From contig QPGO01000103.1 of assembly GCA_008632985.1 (NCBI GenBank), forward strand, positions 124,001 to 188,000: a stretch of DNA of 64,000 nt, read 5' to 3'. The stretch's first letter is position 1. Each line of letters starts with the position of its first letter. Under the pieces are notes generated by a model, which had not been told where the DNA came from, made no database searches, and saw only the letters and a list, made by a program, of their open reading frames with translations. The DNA comes from Psammoneis japonica (Eukaryota). Below, piece after piece: positions 38,401 through 50,785 of the stretch. Position numbers and translations under genes: made by a program.

Positions 38401-41400
38401 CAAACCAGCAAACCTCGTTGTTTTGACACCGTATCTTGGCCAGCTTCTGAAGGTGCAGGCGGCTCTGGCATCGATTTGGAGCGTGTTCGTCGATGACATG
38501 GACTTCAGCGAAGCCCGAAGCTTCTTTCAGGGGGTTGACGGCTTCGATCTATCAAATAAGAAAGGAGAGGAGAATTCTTCTGTCAGAGTTGCAACCATCG
38601 ACAACTACCAAGGAGAAGAGGCGGACATCGTAATTGCTTCTCTGGTACGCGGGAATCCGGAATGCAAGATAGGATTCCTCGGTGAGCCGGAGCGAGTAAA
38701 CGTTTTGCTTTCCCGAGCTCGAATTTGCGAGATCATCATTGGAAATAGGAAAACATTGGAAGGTGCAAGAGGGAGTAATTTACCGCTTCGAGGCGGACGT
38801 TTGTGGACTAAGATACTGCAACACCTCGATGCGAGCGGCGGCGTCTGCGGCGGTCTACCGGTCATATGTCAGTCTCACGGTGCAAAAGCAGTTCTACGGA
38901 CGGCGAAAGACATCGCTGAGCACAGCCCGGACGGTGGATGTTCCCAGCCATGTGGCAAGGTCCTGGGGTGCGGACACCCTTGTACAAAGCAGTGCCATGT
39001 AGGTCCATGTATTAAGTGTGCAGTATCTTGTCCTGACAAATGCGTAAGGGGGCACTCCATCGTTCGAAAGTGCAGTGAAGGACCCCCGACATGCCGTCAT
39101 ACAATCAGTTGGAAATGTCCTCTTGGTCATGCACTTTCTGGTCTGTGCTTCATGGGAAAAGATTCCTCAGGATGCGCTGGTTGTCATCTCCTCGAAGAGA
39201 AGGAAGAGGAGAACCTTAGAATCGAACAGCAGATGCAGAAAGCTCTCGACGAGAAGCATCGTCAGCTGGAGATGAGTCGAGAAAAGTTGGAGAAGGCGTT
39301 GCGCGAAAATCTCCACACCAAACAGCTAAGTATGATTGACGAGGAAGTAGCGTTGCTCGAACGTCAATTGAAGGATTCACAGGACACAGGAGATGTGTCT
39401 TCAGAATCCCCGAAACCTGTTTCTGATAAGGCAGGTGATGCATCCTCTGAGTCCTCAAAGCCTTTTCCTGAGGATTCCTCCAATTCCTTCTTGTCGGAAC
39501 TTGACGAACTTGTTCACAAGATGTTAAGCCGATCTGATTCTGAAACGCTGCCAGCATCGGAAGTGGCAGACTATTATCGTGAGCTTAAAGGAGAGGATTT
39601 GCAGCGAGTTGCTAATCGGTGTATTGGCGATGCGGACGGGACTCAGATGGCATATCGAGCCATATTCGAAGCGCTGTCTTGTTGTGAGATTGTCTCACCA
39701 TCTAAACATCGGAAAAAGAAACGCTTCAAAGCAAGCGTGATTTTGAGGCTATCAAGGCATCCGGCAGAATCCAAACGTTATAATGGAAAAGCGGTCGCGG
39801 AAAAGGAGAGCTCGTGCCTGCGTCAGAAAACAGCTCGCTCCTATGATTCACCTGCTGACAATGTTTCTGTAAAGAAGGCTCGTGTTGACTGCGGCGTAGA
39901 AAAAAGTCCGGAAGCTTCAAAAGAAGCAGCCCCGCAAAAGCCAAAAGAAATAGCGTTTCCGCCATGCGAAGAAGACTGCGTCATTGTCGACGGGCGACAT
40001 TTGGAAGAGAAATCAAGAGCTCAAGTAGTAGATGATGAGTCTCCATTGGATGTCTACCCACCTCATTCGTGTATGGAGATGGAGGCTCATTCTGCGGATG
40101 ATTTTGATGTTCCTACTTTGGTTTCTGATGTTGTCAAGAGATTCGCCGGTGAAGGACCTCTTGCAGCTGACAACCTCTTGGATGAGATCAAGAGAGAGAA
40201 TTCATTCCGCGCTTCCTCGGAGATTCAAGCGCTTGAATTCATTATTGCTGAGTCATTGGATCCTCTTGGTAATCTTGCACGTCCGCCGGCGAAAGCTGAG
40301 CATGACTCGAGCCTGTGCCAAGTTGTCTGCTTGTACGCGTACTCGTTGTATTGTTCGCTAAATGATTTTCCATTGCAAGCGCAGCAACGGGCGCGAGCGT
40401 TAATAAAGATTGCAAAAGAGAACGGTTTGCAACTACCAGGCGACTGGGTAGAACGAACTGAACATTTTAATCGACCTCCCGATCCTCGATCAAACAGCAA
40501 AATAACGAAGGTCGAGGACACGCCAGAGGACAAGTGGTCTCTGGTCCTGACTAGCGATCGAACGGCACCAAAAGTGATGGCCGACGCCGTTCTTCCAATG
40601 ATTGGCCTCACTGGCGTGAAGAATAGCATGATCGGCATGTATCATCGGATTAAGCTGGCCCAAGAGCAGAATGATGGCGTCGCGGCCTCGTATAATATTC
40701 GCTTTGAAGGAAACCCAGGAACAGGGTAAGTACATCCATAGAAGACAGTGGTTTCTTCCTTTCCAGCCTGATACGGTGGCTAACAAGCAATCGACTGATT
40801 GTTGTTCAATGTCAGAAAAACGACGATCGCGAGGCACTATGGAGCATTCTTACAGCAGCTTTCGGTGCTTCCAGAAGAATCAGTATTCAAGGAGACAAGT
40901 GGAGCACGGCTGATTAATGATGGGATATCAGGATTGAAGGAACTTTTGAAAGAAGTCAAAGAGGCTGGTGGTGGTGTTGTCTTTGTTGACGAGGCGTATC
41001 AACTCATAACCGACCGTGAAGGGAAGAAAGTGCTAGACTTTATCTTGCCGCTAGCCGAAAGTCTAAACTCTGATGAATATGGATCGTTGGTTTGGGTCTT
41101 TGCGGGGTACAAGAAAGAAATGGAGAAGCTTTTTGAGCACAACGTTGGTCTTCCTTCAAGATTCCCACACCATTTCGTTTTTGAAGACTATAGTGATGAC
41201 GAACTTCAACTCATTTTTGAAGACATGATGACACATCAAGAGAAATCTCCAGTAGTCGCGTCGTCTTCCAAGACGAAGAGGCGTACTCGTACGTCGGCTC
41301 CCTTTAAGCCACAACCTTTTACTAATTACAGCAACGGCTCAAAGACGAAAGATAGATTTGGTCGCACCTGGACCTACTACCAGTATTCAGGCTGGACGGA

Positions 41401-44104
41401 CGACTTGGGCAACAGATCTGTCGACCCTAAAAGGCTTGGCTATGTTGGATGCGAATTAGTGGACCCTGCTGGAAACTTCTGGGAGGAGGAAAATGGAAAC
41501 TGGTTCAATGTCACTAAAGGATCAGTGCAAAGACACTATCCAGGAGAGAAAGCACCATTGCCAACGTCATCGCGGGTGCGACGCGACACACCTTTCAGAT
41601 GCAGTAACGAGCAAGACTTTCTTATTGCCATTCGACGATTAGGACGGTCTCGTGGGTCCAAGAGCTTTGGTAATGCGCGGGCAGTTCGTATGCTCTTCGA
41701 AAGAGTTCGAGACCGCCAGGCATCTCGCGTTACTGACGAAAGAGCTTATGGAAAGAGCCCTGACAAGTTTGAGTTTACACGGACTGATCTCCTTGGACCT
41801 GACGTCACACCAGAGTCGTTAAAAAAGAGCGACGCATGGCAGTCACTTGAGAAGATGGAAGGGCTGGTGCCAGTGAAGGAATCGGTAGAGGAGCTATTTA
41901 AGCTCGTGCTGCAGAATGTGAATCGGGAAAGACAGGGCAAACGCCCCCTTGAAGTTGCTTTGAATCGTCTCTTTTTAGGTATGAGTTGCGTCAGTGTCAG
42001 CTTCAATTTATGTTCCCTTCTTGAAAAATGCCAATCATTGTGCTCGCTCCTCTCCGCCTTCAGGTGGTCCAGGAACTGGGAAAACAACTGTCGCAAAGCT
42101 GTACGGTCAGATTCTTGCAGATCTTGGCCTATTGTCGAAAGGAGAAGTGGTATACAAATGCGCATCTGATTTCGTCGGTGACGTGCTGGGCGCTTCGGAG
42201 AAGACTACGAAGGGTATTATCCAGTCTGCCGAGGGTTGTGTCCTTGTCATTGACGAGGCTTATGCGCTTTATTCGGGCGGTGCTGCTCCGAATCGAAACA
42301 ATGACCCATACAAGACAGCTGTTATCGATACAATTGTTGAGCAGGTACAAGCTAAGCCGGGAGCTGATCTTGCAGTTGTGATGCTCGGCTATCAAGCAGA
42401 AATGGAAAACATGCTGGCAAAAACGAACCCCGGTCTCAAAAGAAGATTTCAACTGGAGAACGCATTCCACTTTCCCGACTTTGACGATTCTGCGCTCATT
42501 CGAATAATGATGGCCAAGGCGCGAGAGCAGCAGATCGGCTTGGATCTTCCTGTAGCAAAGCGAGCTATTCGTATCCTTGCCAAAGCACGTGCAAAGCCCA
42601 ACTTTGGGAATGCTGGTTCGGTTGATAACTTGCTCTCAAAGGGAATCACCCGAATGCAGCGCCGAGGAAACACTAGTGAGTTAACTGTTGAGGACTTTGA
42701 GTACACCGGCGACGAACATGACGAGGAATCGCTGAAGACGTTGTTTGACGATCTAATAGGTTGCAAGGAAGTTCGGGAAACAATGGATGAATTGCGTAAC
42801 ACGTCCTGTTTTCCAAGTCGCAGGGAAAGCCAGCAACTACTAACGTTAGTTTCAATTATCTATTCCTTGGCTCTCCGGGAACTGGAAAGACAACGGTCGC
42901 TCGCAGAATGGGCAAAATGTTTGAAGCTCTGGGATTGTTGCCTGATGACAGTATGAAGGAAATCAAGGCCAGTGACCTGTTGACCGGCTACGTGGGACAA
43001 GCTGGGCAAAAGACACGGGAGTTGCTCCGAGAAGCTTTGGGGGGAGTTCTTTTCATCGATGAGGCATACCAGTTGAATCCCAATCGAGGAGGCTCCTTCA
43101 TGACAGAAGCAGTCGATGAACTTGTCGGTGCACTCACAGATCAAGAGTTCAAAGGAAAGCTTTTGGTTATACTGGCCGGGTACGACCAGGACATGGAGGA
43201 GATGCTTTCCGTCAATCCTGGTTTGAAATCTCGATTCTCTGAGCGCGTCCATTTCCACGACTTTGACGCGAATGCGACAGCTGAATTGTTGTTGTTAGAA
43301 CTTGAAAAGAGAGAAATTCCCCTTGAGATCCATGACTTGAATGATTTGTGCAGGCTGTCGCAAAAGCTTGTGGACAGCGACGGCTTTGGAAATGGCCGTG
43401 ATGTTGTGACATGGGCTGATCGAACCTTTAAACAGGTTGCGAAAAGATACTCCCAAAAGGTTCCAGTGAAATCTTCCCGCCGTTCGAGAGTGCCGCTGTC
43501 GTCGTCTCTCAAGGACGTGACGGCAGCTCTCGAGTTCCTGCTTTCGTCGAGGAGGGTCAAGACAGGTGGACCAAGATGCAAATCCATCTCTCATTCTGAA
43601 CCTTCCAACATGGACACCGACGAGCTTTCCGCCAAGCCTCCGCCAAAGGTAGCAACGGTGCAGGCAGCGGACATTGCCGAGCAGGAAGATGAAGCAAGTG
43701 AGAACACCAATGAAGACGCATCTTTTGTGAATACATTCGACGACATCGACCCGCGGCTTCTCAGCAGCCTTCAAGACTTTATTGACCAAGAAGGGCTTGA
43801 TTCCAGCGAAGGCGTCCAACGTCTTTCGAATCTAGATCCATCCAGCACGGAGTTCAAGGATCTGCTCCAACGTCTGGTCGATGCGACAGGCATGGATCCA
43901 GACCAAGCTCGTGAACAGCTCATCAAGTGGCAGGAAGCTCAGAAAGATTTGAGAAAGACTATCGAGGCAACAAAGTCGGCTGTGGTTGGAGCTAGGCCAA
44001 TTTGGCGATGTGCTGTTTGTGGACAAGCCAACAAACCGTGGATTGTTTGTTACGTCGCGCCTTATATTGTTGGATATGAGCAAGTGACCTTAGGTGATGC
44101 GTAA
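35487..44104 (+). CDS. ZNFX1-like SF1 helicase with NF-X1 zinc fingers fused to three CbbX/SpoVK-type AAA+ ATPase domains
   Basis: CCHC knuckle CFRCGRSGHHAHEC; GGRHDND..DFR.I.I.PT; QGPPGTGKT, VEEAAE, IGDHKQLRP, TIDNYQGEE, NVLLSRAR; CGHPCTKQCH fingers; three AAA modules with GxPGTGKTT, (V/I)DEAY and FGN(A/G). Introns 37076..37158, 40726..40815, 41979..42063. In-frame TGA at 36666 and frameshift near 42800. Confidence 0.9.
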
Positions 44105-44295
44105 GACGAATTAGTTTTGTTGCATGTCAACTCGTGTCGCTAGTTGAGAGTGGACTTGCTTCCGTCGTGTTTTCTTTTTCTCGTCGCCTTGCCACGAGCG
44201 TATAGTGCGATGCTGCGACCAAGTAGATCGATGCCGACATTCATACCAGTTAGTCGTACCCTTAGTCTTCAAGCTTAGATAATGCTATGAATTCG

Positions 44296-45087
44296 TTACA
44301 AGCACCATGGAAGTAATCGATATTTCACTCTTTTGGTGTATTCAGGATACCCACGCAACGATTCGTGCAGCTGCTGTTCTTCCATGTACATTCGTTGATA
44401 CAAAGCACCCGCGAGACATGCCACAAAGACAATGCTAATGACGGAGTCAAACCACAGGACAAAGCCGATAACATAAATCAAGAGGCCAGTATACATGGGA
44501 TGTCGAACATGTGCATACATTCCAGTGTCCACGAGCTTTTGTCCCTCTTGCTCTTCAAGGTTTGTCGTTGCATAGCTGTTTTGGTAGCTCGCAAGATACA
44601 TCACGACAATGCCTATCACGGACACGATTAGACCCAATATACTAACTGGATGGGAAAAGAACGGATCGCTCTTAAGACGAACGTGTTTATAGGACCAGAA
44701 ACGTAGAGTGAAACGATTGAAAAGAGAATCATCATTGTAACACCTCTATCGGACGCGCTCTGGGTGCTGGAAATAGGCGGTCGCTGTCTGCTTTTGAAGG
44801 ATTCTGGAGAATTCAATGCCAAAAGCACGTGTGTTGTTGGCATTATAACGGTGTGCACTCCGGTCCAGATCCATCCTTGTCGCCATTTCCATGTACCTTC
44901 TCCGGGATTTTGCGGCTGCAGTACCCAAAAGAAACAGTCCAACGATAGCTGCAAGAAAAAGACCCGACGCAATCGCCTTCAGAACCAGCTTTGATTTTTC
45001 TGATTCTTCTCTTTGAGACACAAGAGGTGTCGATTCACTTGCATCCTGAGGCTGTTTGCTCGTTGCTGAACTGGCGCCGTCGCCCAT
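44296..45087 (-). CDS. Isoprenylcysteine carboxyl methyltransferase/PEMT-family membrane protein (frameshifted)
   Basis: LVDTGMYAHVRHPMYTG, EEQQL...GYPEY...VKYRLLP. N-terminal part in ORFs 44628..44972 and 44746..45135. Confidence 0.82.
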
Positions 45088-45383
45088 TGTTGACTTCAGG
45101 AATGCAAATGGTGTTGGCGAAAGATGCTGATTCACTTATTTGTGTTAGGCTGTCGTACCCATGACGAGCCCAGTGCACATACGCGCGCGTTTGTTCGCGC
45201 GATGCTTCCAGGTGGAGCCCCCTTCAAAACAAACTGCCTCCAACGCAACGGACAAAAAAAGCAAGTGCCATCGCCATCATCGCTTATTATACACGGTATC
45301 ATACATCGTGGCTGTGAACGGAATAAGACGAGGAACCAGCATTCAACTTGTAACCACAGTACTACATTGAATCGAAAGTCAAA

Positions 45384-47076
45384 ATGATCGAGCCCTTCAT
45401 GACTAGTGTGAAGCAATGGCTTCCAGACTGGCCAGAATGGTACGTGAAATTTGGTTGGGTTCATACGTTCTTTGTGCGAGGGTATGTTGCCTCGTTTTTT
45501 GTGTGTTTGTGTTTTTCTCACGTTGAGCTTGCCGTTGAAACTATACAAGGGCTCTGGATGTACTGCTCATCATGACTGCGTGTTTGATTTTGACACTGGG
45601 AGTAACTTCCTTCTACACTCCAGAGGACGAAAAGGAGAACCAGACAACCTCGCCTGCAAAACAGACAAACGGCAAAAAGCCCGAAAAGAGCGTAAAGGAG
45701 CTGCATAAGGAGTTTGATTCGTTTCGTCGTCAGTACATTGTGGTGTATCTAGTGATTATGCTGGCTGATTGGATGCAGGGAACTCACATGTACACTCTGT
45801 ACTTGTCGTACAATGTCAATATTTCTGCACTCTTTCTTACTGGATTTCTAAGTGGAGCCTTGTTTGCGCCCATTCTTGGAGGTGCGGTTGACAAGTTTGG
45901 TCGGAAGCGTTCTTGTATTGTCTATTGTGTGTTGGAAATTATAATCAATACCATGGAACACTCCACCAACTTTACGATTTTGTTGATGGGCGAGTTCTAG
46001 GAGGTATCTCCACCAATCTGCTCTTTTCTGCCTTTGAAAGTTGGATGACCACCGAGCATCGTCGTCGTGGATTCCCAGAGGAGTGGCTATCTAGAACTTA
46101 CTCCGAGGTGAGTCATGAATTTTCCCTTGATGCGACTGGGCAAACAAAGCGTCTTACCTTTCATATATAACTTTGTAGTCGTCTATTGGGAACGGTGCCA
46201 TGGCTATATTGGCTGGAATTGTAGCGCAGGTGCTGGAGGACTTTTTTGGACACATTGGGCCATTCCAGGGTGCGATTGCGCTTACAGTCTTGGCGCTTGT
46301 ACTTGTTCTAGGTTGGGAAGAAAATTATGGAGAGGAACATCAAGGTGATCATGACAAATCGACTCTTGCGCAGCAGATTGTAGATGGGTGGAAGACTACA
46401 GTTTCAGATTCTCGCATATGGAGAATCGGTCTTACGCAAGCATTTAGCGAGGGTGCCATGTATACGGTACGCCTTTGACTTATGTTTCCTTTTTATCTTT
46501 GTTTGTTTCTTTAACTCACGCAACCCTTCCATGATGGTATTGGTAGTTTGTATTCATGTGGGTCCCAACACTTTTGTCCTTGGAGCCACCCGGTGGCGTT
46601 CCGACTGGGTGCGTGTTTTCAGCCATGATGATGGCCATCACAATGGGTGGTGTTCTGTTTCCCCCGTTGAATTCTTTCATGTCCTTGGCATCAAAAGCGA
46701 ACGCTTCAGAGCTTTCGGCAACCTTTGTCTACTTTTGGCAAGCGTCAGCATGGCCATTCCGGCATACTGCTTGAGTTCTGGCTCGGATGATTGCTTCTGG
46801 AGCATTCTTACTAGCTTTATGGTGATTGAGCTATGTGTTGGTCTCTTTATGCCAGTTGCTGGGACTCTTCGCTCCAAGTACATCCCCGACGCACTGCAGG
46901 GTGGAATTCTCAATATCTTTCGATTGCCGCTAAATGCCTTTGTGGTTACTGGGACCTACTTGACAGACGTTTGGGATTCCTCCTCCGTCTACGTGATGGT
47001 GAGCGCTTGGTTCATGGCCGCTGCTCTCCTGCAGGCATCCATGATATCCAGCAAAAAGTCTGTAAAGACCGACTGA
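45384..47076 (+). CDS. Molybdate-anion transporter (MOT2/MFSD5 family)
   Basis: ADWMQGTHMYTLY, GGISTNLLFSAFESW, FVFMWVP, LRSKYIPD...NIFRLPLN. Introns 46108..46178 and 46467..46546. Frameshifts near 45570, 45990 and 46730. Confidence 0.88.
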
Positions 47077-47317
47077 TTTCGGCTTGCCAGAAATCAACTT
47101 TTCTGCTACTCTATGTGTACTGGGTTTTATTTTTTTCTGCTTCTTAGAAGAATTATAGACGCGTGTTATTCATAATATTATCCTGCATTTCTTTCTCCGG
47201 GCTCTAAGTAGGCTGCTTTGCATGTTTCCGGGAGATAGTTGTTCGCTTCGGCAAGTCTTGCTCTATCTAGCAATGGATGAAACGGCCACCAACCCGATCG
47301 CATTCTCTAACACTGGG

Positions 47318-48002
47318 TTAAAACGGCCACCATCCTTTTTTACCGCGTGATTTCAAGGCCTGTAGCTCTTCCTCGGACTGCTTCAACGCCTCCTCTAGTT
47401 TTTTGTTGGCTTTGTCCAGTTGACCACGTCGTAGCCTCAGACTAACAAGCTCAGCGTCCTTGTCTCCGTTTAAGCCGTTAATGAAATCCAATTTTTCTTT
47501 TAGCATGATTCCTTTTTGTTCTTGGATCTTGATTTCAGTTGAATACTCATAATCTTGCTTCAGCTTCGCCGTGAGCTTTCTCATTTCATCCCGAAGAGTC
47601 GTGTCAAACTGCTTTTTCATGCGAGCTGTCTGCCCTTCGAACTCCTCATCCATTAGAAACAACTTCTCTTCCAAAGTCTTGATCTTTATCATCATTTCTT
47701 CTTCCGACTGGGTAATGAGTGATCAAAACAAAAAAATCGAGAAAGCGGTTGATAGTCAGTCTACACTAGTGTCTCACCACGACACTCATTTGTTCAATAA
47801 TATCGCCACTCACCTCCGACAGGGCTGACTGTGCATGCTGGAGATCTTTCTCCAACTGCTGAATCCGAGGTGCTTGCGACGCAACGCCAGCAGCTGCAGA
47901 CGCAACAGCTACGCCTAGGTCGAAAAGACCTGGATCCGGCGGGACCAGTGCATCAACGACGGCACACAACCAAAGCAAGGTCCCAGCAACAACAAGACGC
48001 AT
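47318..48002 (-). CDS. Signal-peptide-bearing coiled-coil protein
   Basis: MRLVVAGTLLWLCAVVDA signal. Intron 47708..47813 joins the two ORFs in frame. Ends KKGWWPF. Confidence 0.75.
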
Positions 48003-48135
48003 CTTCCTTTCACAGTTTGGCACTGATAACAAATCTCTATGGAGAATGGAGATAGTTAATTGGAGATTGAATCGTCGTCAGTAGTCCTAACACATTCACC
48101 ACAGGCCTCTCTACTGTAGAGGTTGGATGTTGAAG

Positions 48136-48156
48136 ATGATCAATGATCAATGATCA
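48136..48156. repeat. (ATGATCA)x3 tandem repeat
   Basis: Three exact 7-mers at the gene/transposon boundary. Confidence 0.85.
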
Positions 48157-48344
48157 ACATTCAACATGATACATGATGACAGATCACAGCTTTTTGGAGA
48201 GAGCCGTTGGTGGTTGGCGCGCGGCGGGCCTCGCTGAAATCCACGCGCGAAAACTGTTGCGACGCGCGTTGTACAGTACATACCGCACGTAGACCTCTAG
48301 TAGCACATGATGCGTTTTTAAAAATGTACGTATTATCCCTGCTT

Positions 48345-48658
48345 ATGCACACGAACCACCTGGTGGTCCGTGTGCATTTTTGGGTGCACACGAACCACCT
48401 GGTGGTTCGTGTGCACCCTACGCGAAATGCTGCGTAGATTTGTACCGAATAAATCTGAGTACTGTAAATCCGACGTAGGATCTACGTGTTTGTACCACTC
48501 AACACTAGCCACCGAGCCGGCAGTCTGTGCCGGCCGTCGTGAAAAATATTTTATGTCAAAGAAAGAGTTCGTCAGGGCCGGCGAAGAACACCCCACTACG
48601 ATGCGACCGGTATAAAATGTACGTAAATGCACAGGAACCAGCATGTGGTTCGTGTGCA
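48345..48658. repeat. Three related palindromes, consensus TGCACACGAACCA..TGGTTCGTGTGCA
   Basis: 48345..48377 (one mismatch), 48382..48418 (perfect 18-bp arms, 1-nt loop), 48628..48658 (13-bp arms, one mismatch). Confidence 0.9.
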
Positions 48659-48685
48659 AATTAGAGCTCGTGAAAAATAAGCAGG

Positions 48686-50785
48686 GTTATCTATCGCGCG
48701 CAACCGTTCGAGCGAAAAAAAGTTGAACGGCCCACGCGGGCGCAGAATTTTAATTGCGTGTATCGGAAGGCAAAATCTGCCTCCATGACGGTCATTTGCC
48801 GTCTCTTTCGCTTTTTTAGATGGTTTGAAGCCGATAAACCAAGCAATGTCGTTGGCGCTTGATCTGAAGAACACTGCAGGCACTTCAAATAAAAAAACAC
48901 ATCCACTGGAAACTTTTTAATCCATTCAACACACGCTTGAAAAGGGCGAATCGACATGGCACATTGCGCATCATGGTCGAACATTGCACTACTTGCCTTC
49001 GCCTCAATCGTATCTATTCGCCGTATATAACATGGACAAGGTGTGTAAAAATGTGTTTGGTTGTTGCAGTGAACCAACGACTTGCATTCCTGATTTTTGC
49101 ACAAGCAGGTGCCGAGCTGAACACATCATTTTCAACAGTTCCATCCCATGTTTACAGGCAAATGGCATGGCAAAGACCGTGTCAACTGTGATTTGCAATG
49201 CACGCTTGACGAATGCACAGAATCCAAAATGCGGAAGCATTGTGCGTCCCATTTGGACCGCATCACGTCGGTGTGGATGTTGGGTGGAACTTCAGCACAA
49301 CCACGACGACGTCGGGCGAGTCGTCGAGTGGCGGTGCGTCCAGAACAAAATGAATGAGGCGGCTGACGTTGGAGCCATGCCGGCAGTGGCTCAATGGTTG
49401 CTCGTTCTTGCATTGACAGAATGAACCCGAAGCCGCGGATGAACGTGCCGAGCAGGCGACAACGACATCTTGGAGGTGTGGTTGTGGGAATGTTTTCGAG
49501 TGTGCCTTCTGACGCTCCCACCTCGGGCATCTGAGATGAACCCGATTGAGCTGCTGTGGAATTGTCCGGTGGAGTGTCTTTTGTGTCAGTTTTTGGGGAG
49601 AGCACCGGGTGGCCCACCACGCAGCTGCCATCATTGGCTGCCTGCCGCCACTGTGACCACCAAGTCTAGCTGCAGTGGAGTCAACTCTGACATTGTCATC
49701 TGTGACCATCAATGTGTTGCATTCTTTCACCATTTTTAAAATGCACTCTAGCTAGAGTGCAGTTGCTGGTGGATGCGGGATGGCAGGATGAAAAGCCTGC
49801 TTCGGATTCTCCCAGCTTGCTTCTCCCATTGTCGAATTGTGATGGCATGCCATGTCACCAGCACCATCACGGCATGTGCTCCAGCCCGGAGGACTCTCTC
49901 TTCCTGCAANTCTCTTCCTGCAACGGTGGCAGAGGTGGGGGGGAATGGAATTGGGGGTGGCCTGCTGTGGGTTCGTTCCCGATTTTCACCCGCAGCACCA
50001 TTTCAACAGCACAGTCTGTCGCTGGCATCATCATGCAGGGCTCTCCAGCCTGCTGCAGAGGAAGGACTGGCTGTGCTGGAGGCGGTGGCGGCTGAGACGG
50101 CATGGCATGAGACTGACTGCCTCCCATGACAGAACTCAAAAAATTGGGGATGTTGCTGCAGCCGCTGGCGAGAGTTCACTGTTGCGTGTCCTTGCCAAAA
50201 AAGGAGTGACAAAACAAGTGTTGAGTTTTTGCAAGAAACAATGCAAGACACACAATCGATCAACAACTTGCAATGTGGGGCATGTTGTTTGAATTCAAAC
50301 CAGCGAGAAACCATGGGAACCACTTTGTTTGTGATGAGACAAAATTCCATTCAGCCACAGTTCTCTTCGTCATCGTGTTCGTCAAGGCGGCTCGATGACC
50401 AATTTACTCGGCGCATGACTTCTTGAAGAGATCCTTCGTCACTGCTGGCAACAGAGGAGTCTGCAGGGCTTTCGGTCAATCGCTGCACATTTGCAGCAGC
50501 TGGGATTGCACCACCACTGCAGCGATCCACGGAATCTTCTCAGTCAGATTTTTGACTCGATTCATCGTCCAACTCATCCTTTCTTGATGTCACATTGTTG
50601 CACTCGACAAGCGAAACAGGGTTGTGGCCATCAGCCCAGTGGAACGAGACATGCCGTGGCAAAAGATGGTAAATGACCGTCATGGGGGCAGATTTTGCCC
50701 TCAAGATTGGAAAAAAAAATTCTGCGCCCGCGTGTGGGCCCGCTCAAACTTTTTGTCGCTCGAGCGGTTGCGCGCGATTGACAAC
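48686..50785. mobile_element. ~2.1-kb element with ~120-bp imperfect terminal inverted repeats (degenerate DNA transposon, superfamily unknown)
   Basis: 48686..~48806 is the reverse complement of ~50661..50785 (shared ATCGCGCGCAACCG, CGCGGGCGCAGAATTTT, GGCAAAATCTGCC, CCATGACGGTCATTT). No target-site duplication identified. Confidence 0.8.

Noticed and set aside
40680..43500. CbbX-like domains as red-type Rubisco activase
   Set aside because: They are three tandem modules fused behind a helicase with no plastid presequence; same AAA clade but different context.
1..47076. Frameshifts in IF-2, VWA, ICMT-like, MOT2 and helicase-AAA genes as pseudogenisation or programmed frameshifting
   Set aside because: They are scattered 1-nt indels in otherwise intact conserved genes, including likely essential IF-2 (e.g. 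CAACCG[G]TCCGT near 165). Long-read consensus error is the simpler explanation; read polishing would test this.
48240..48300. Helitron 3' end (hairpin plus CTAG)
   Set aside because: The stem is weak and too far from CTAG, and no Rep/helicase remnant was recognised.
48345..48658. Palindromic repeats as a CRISPR array
   Set aside because: Only three copies, irregular spacing (4 nt and ~210 nt), no cas genes, eukaryotic context.
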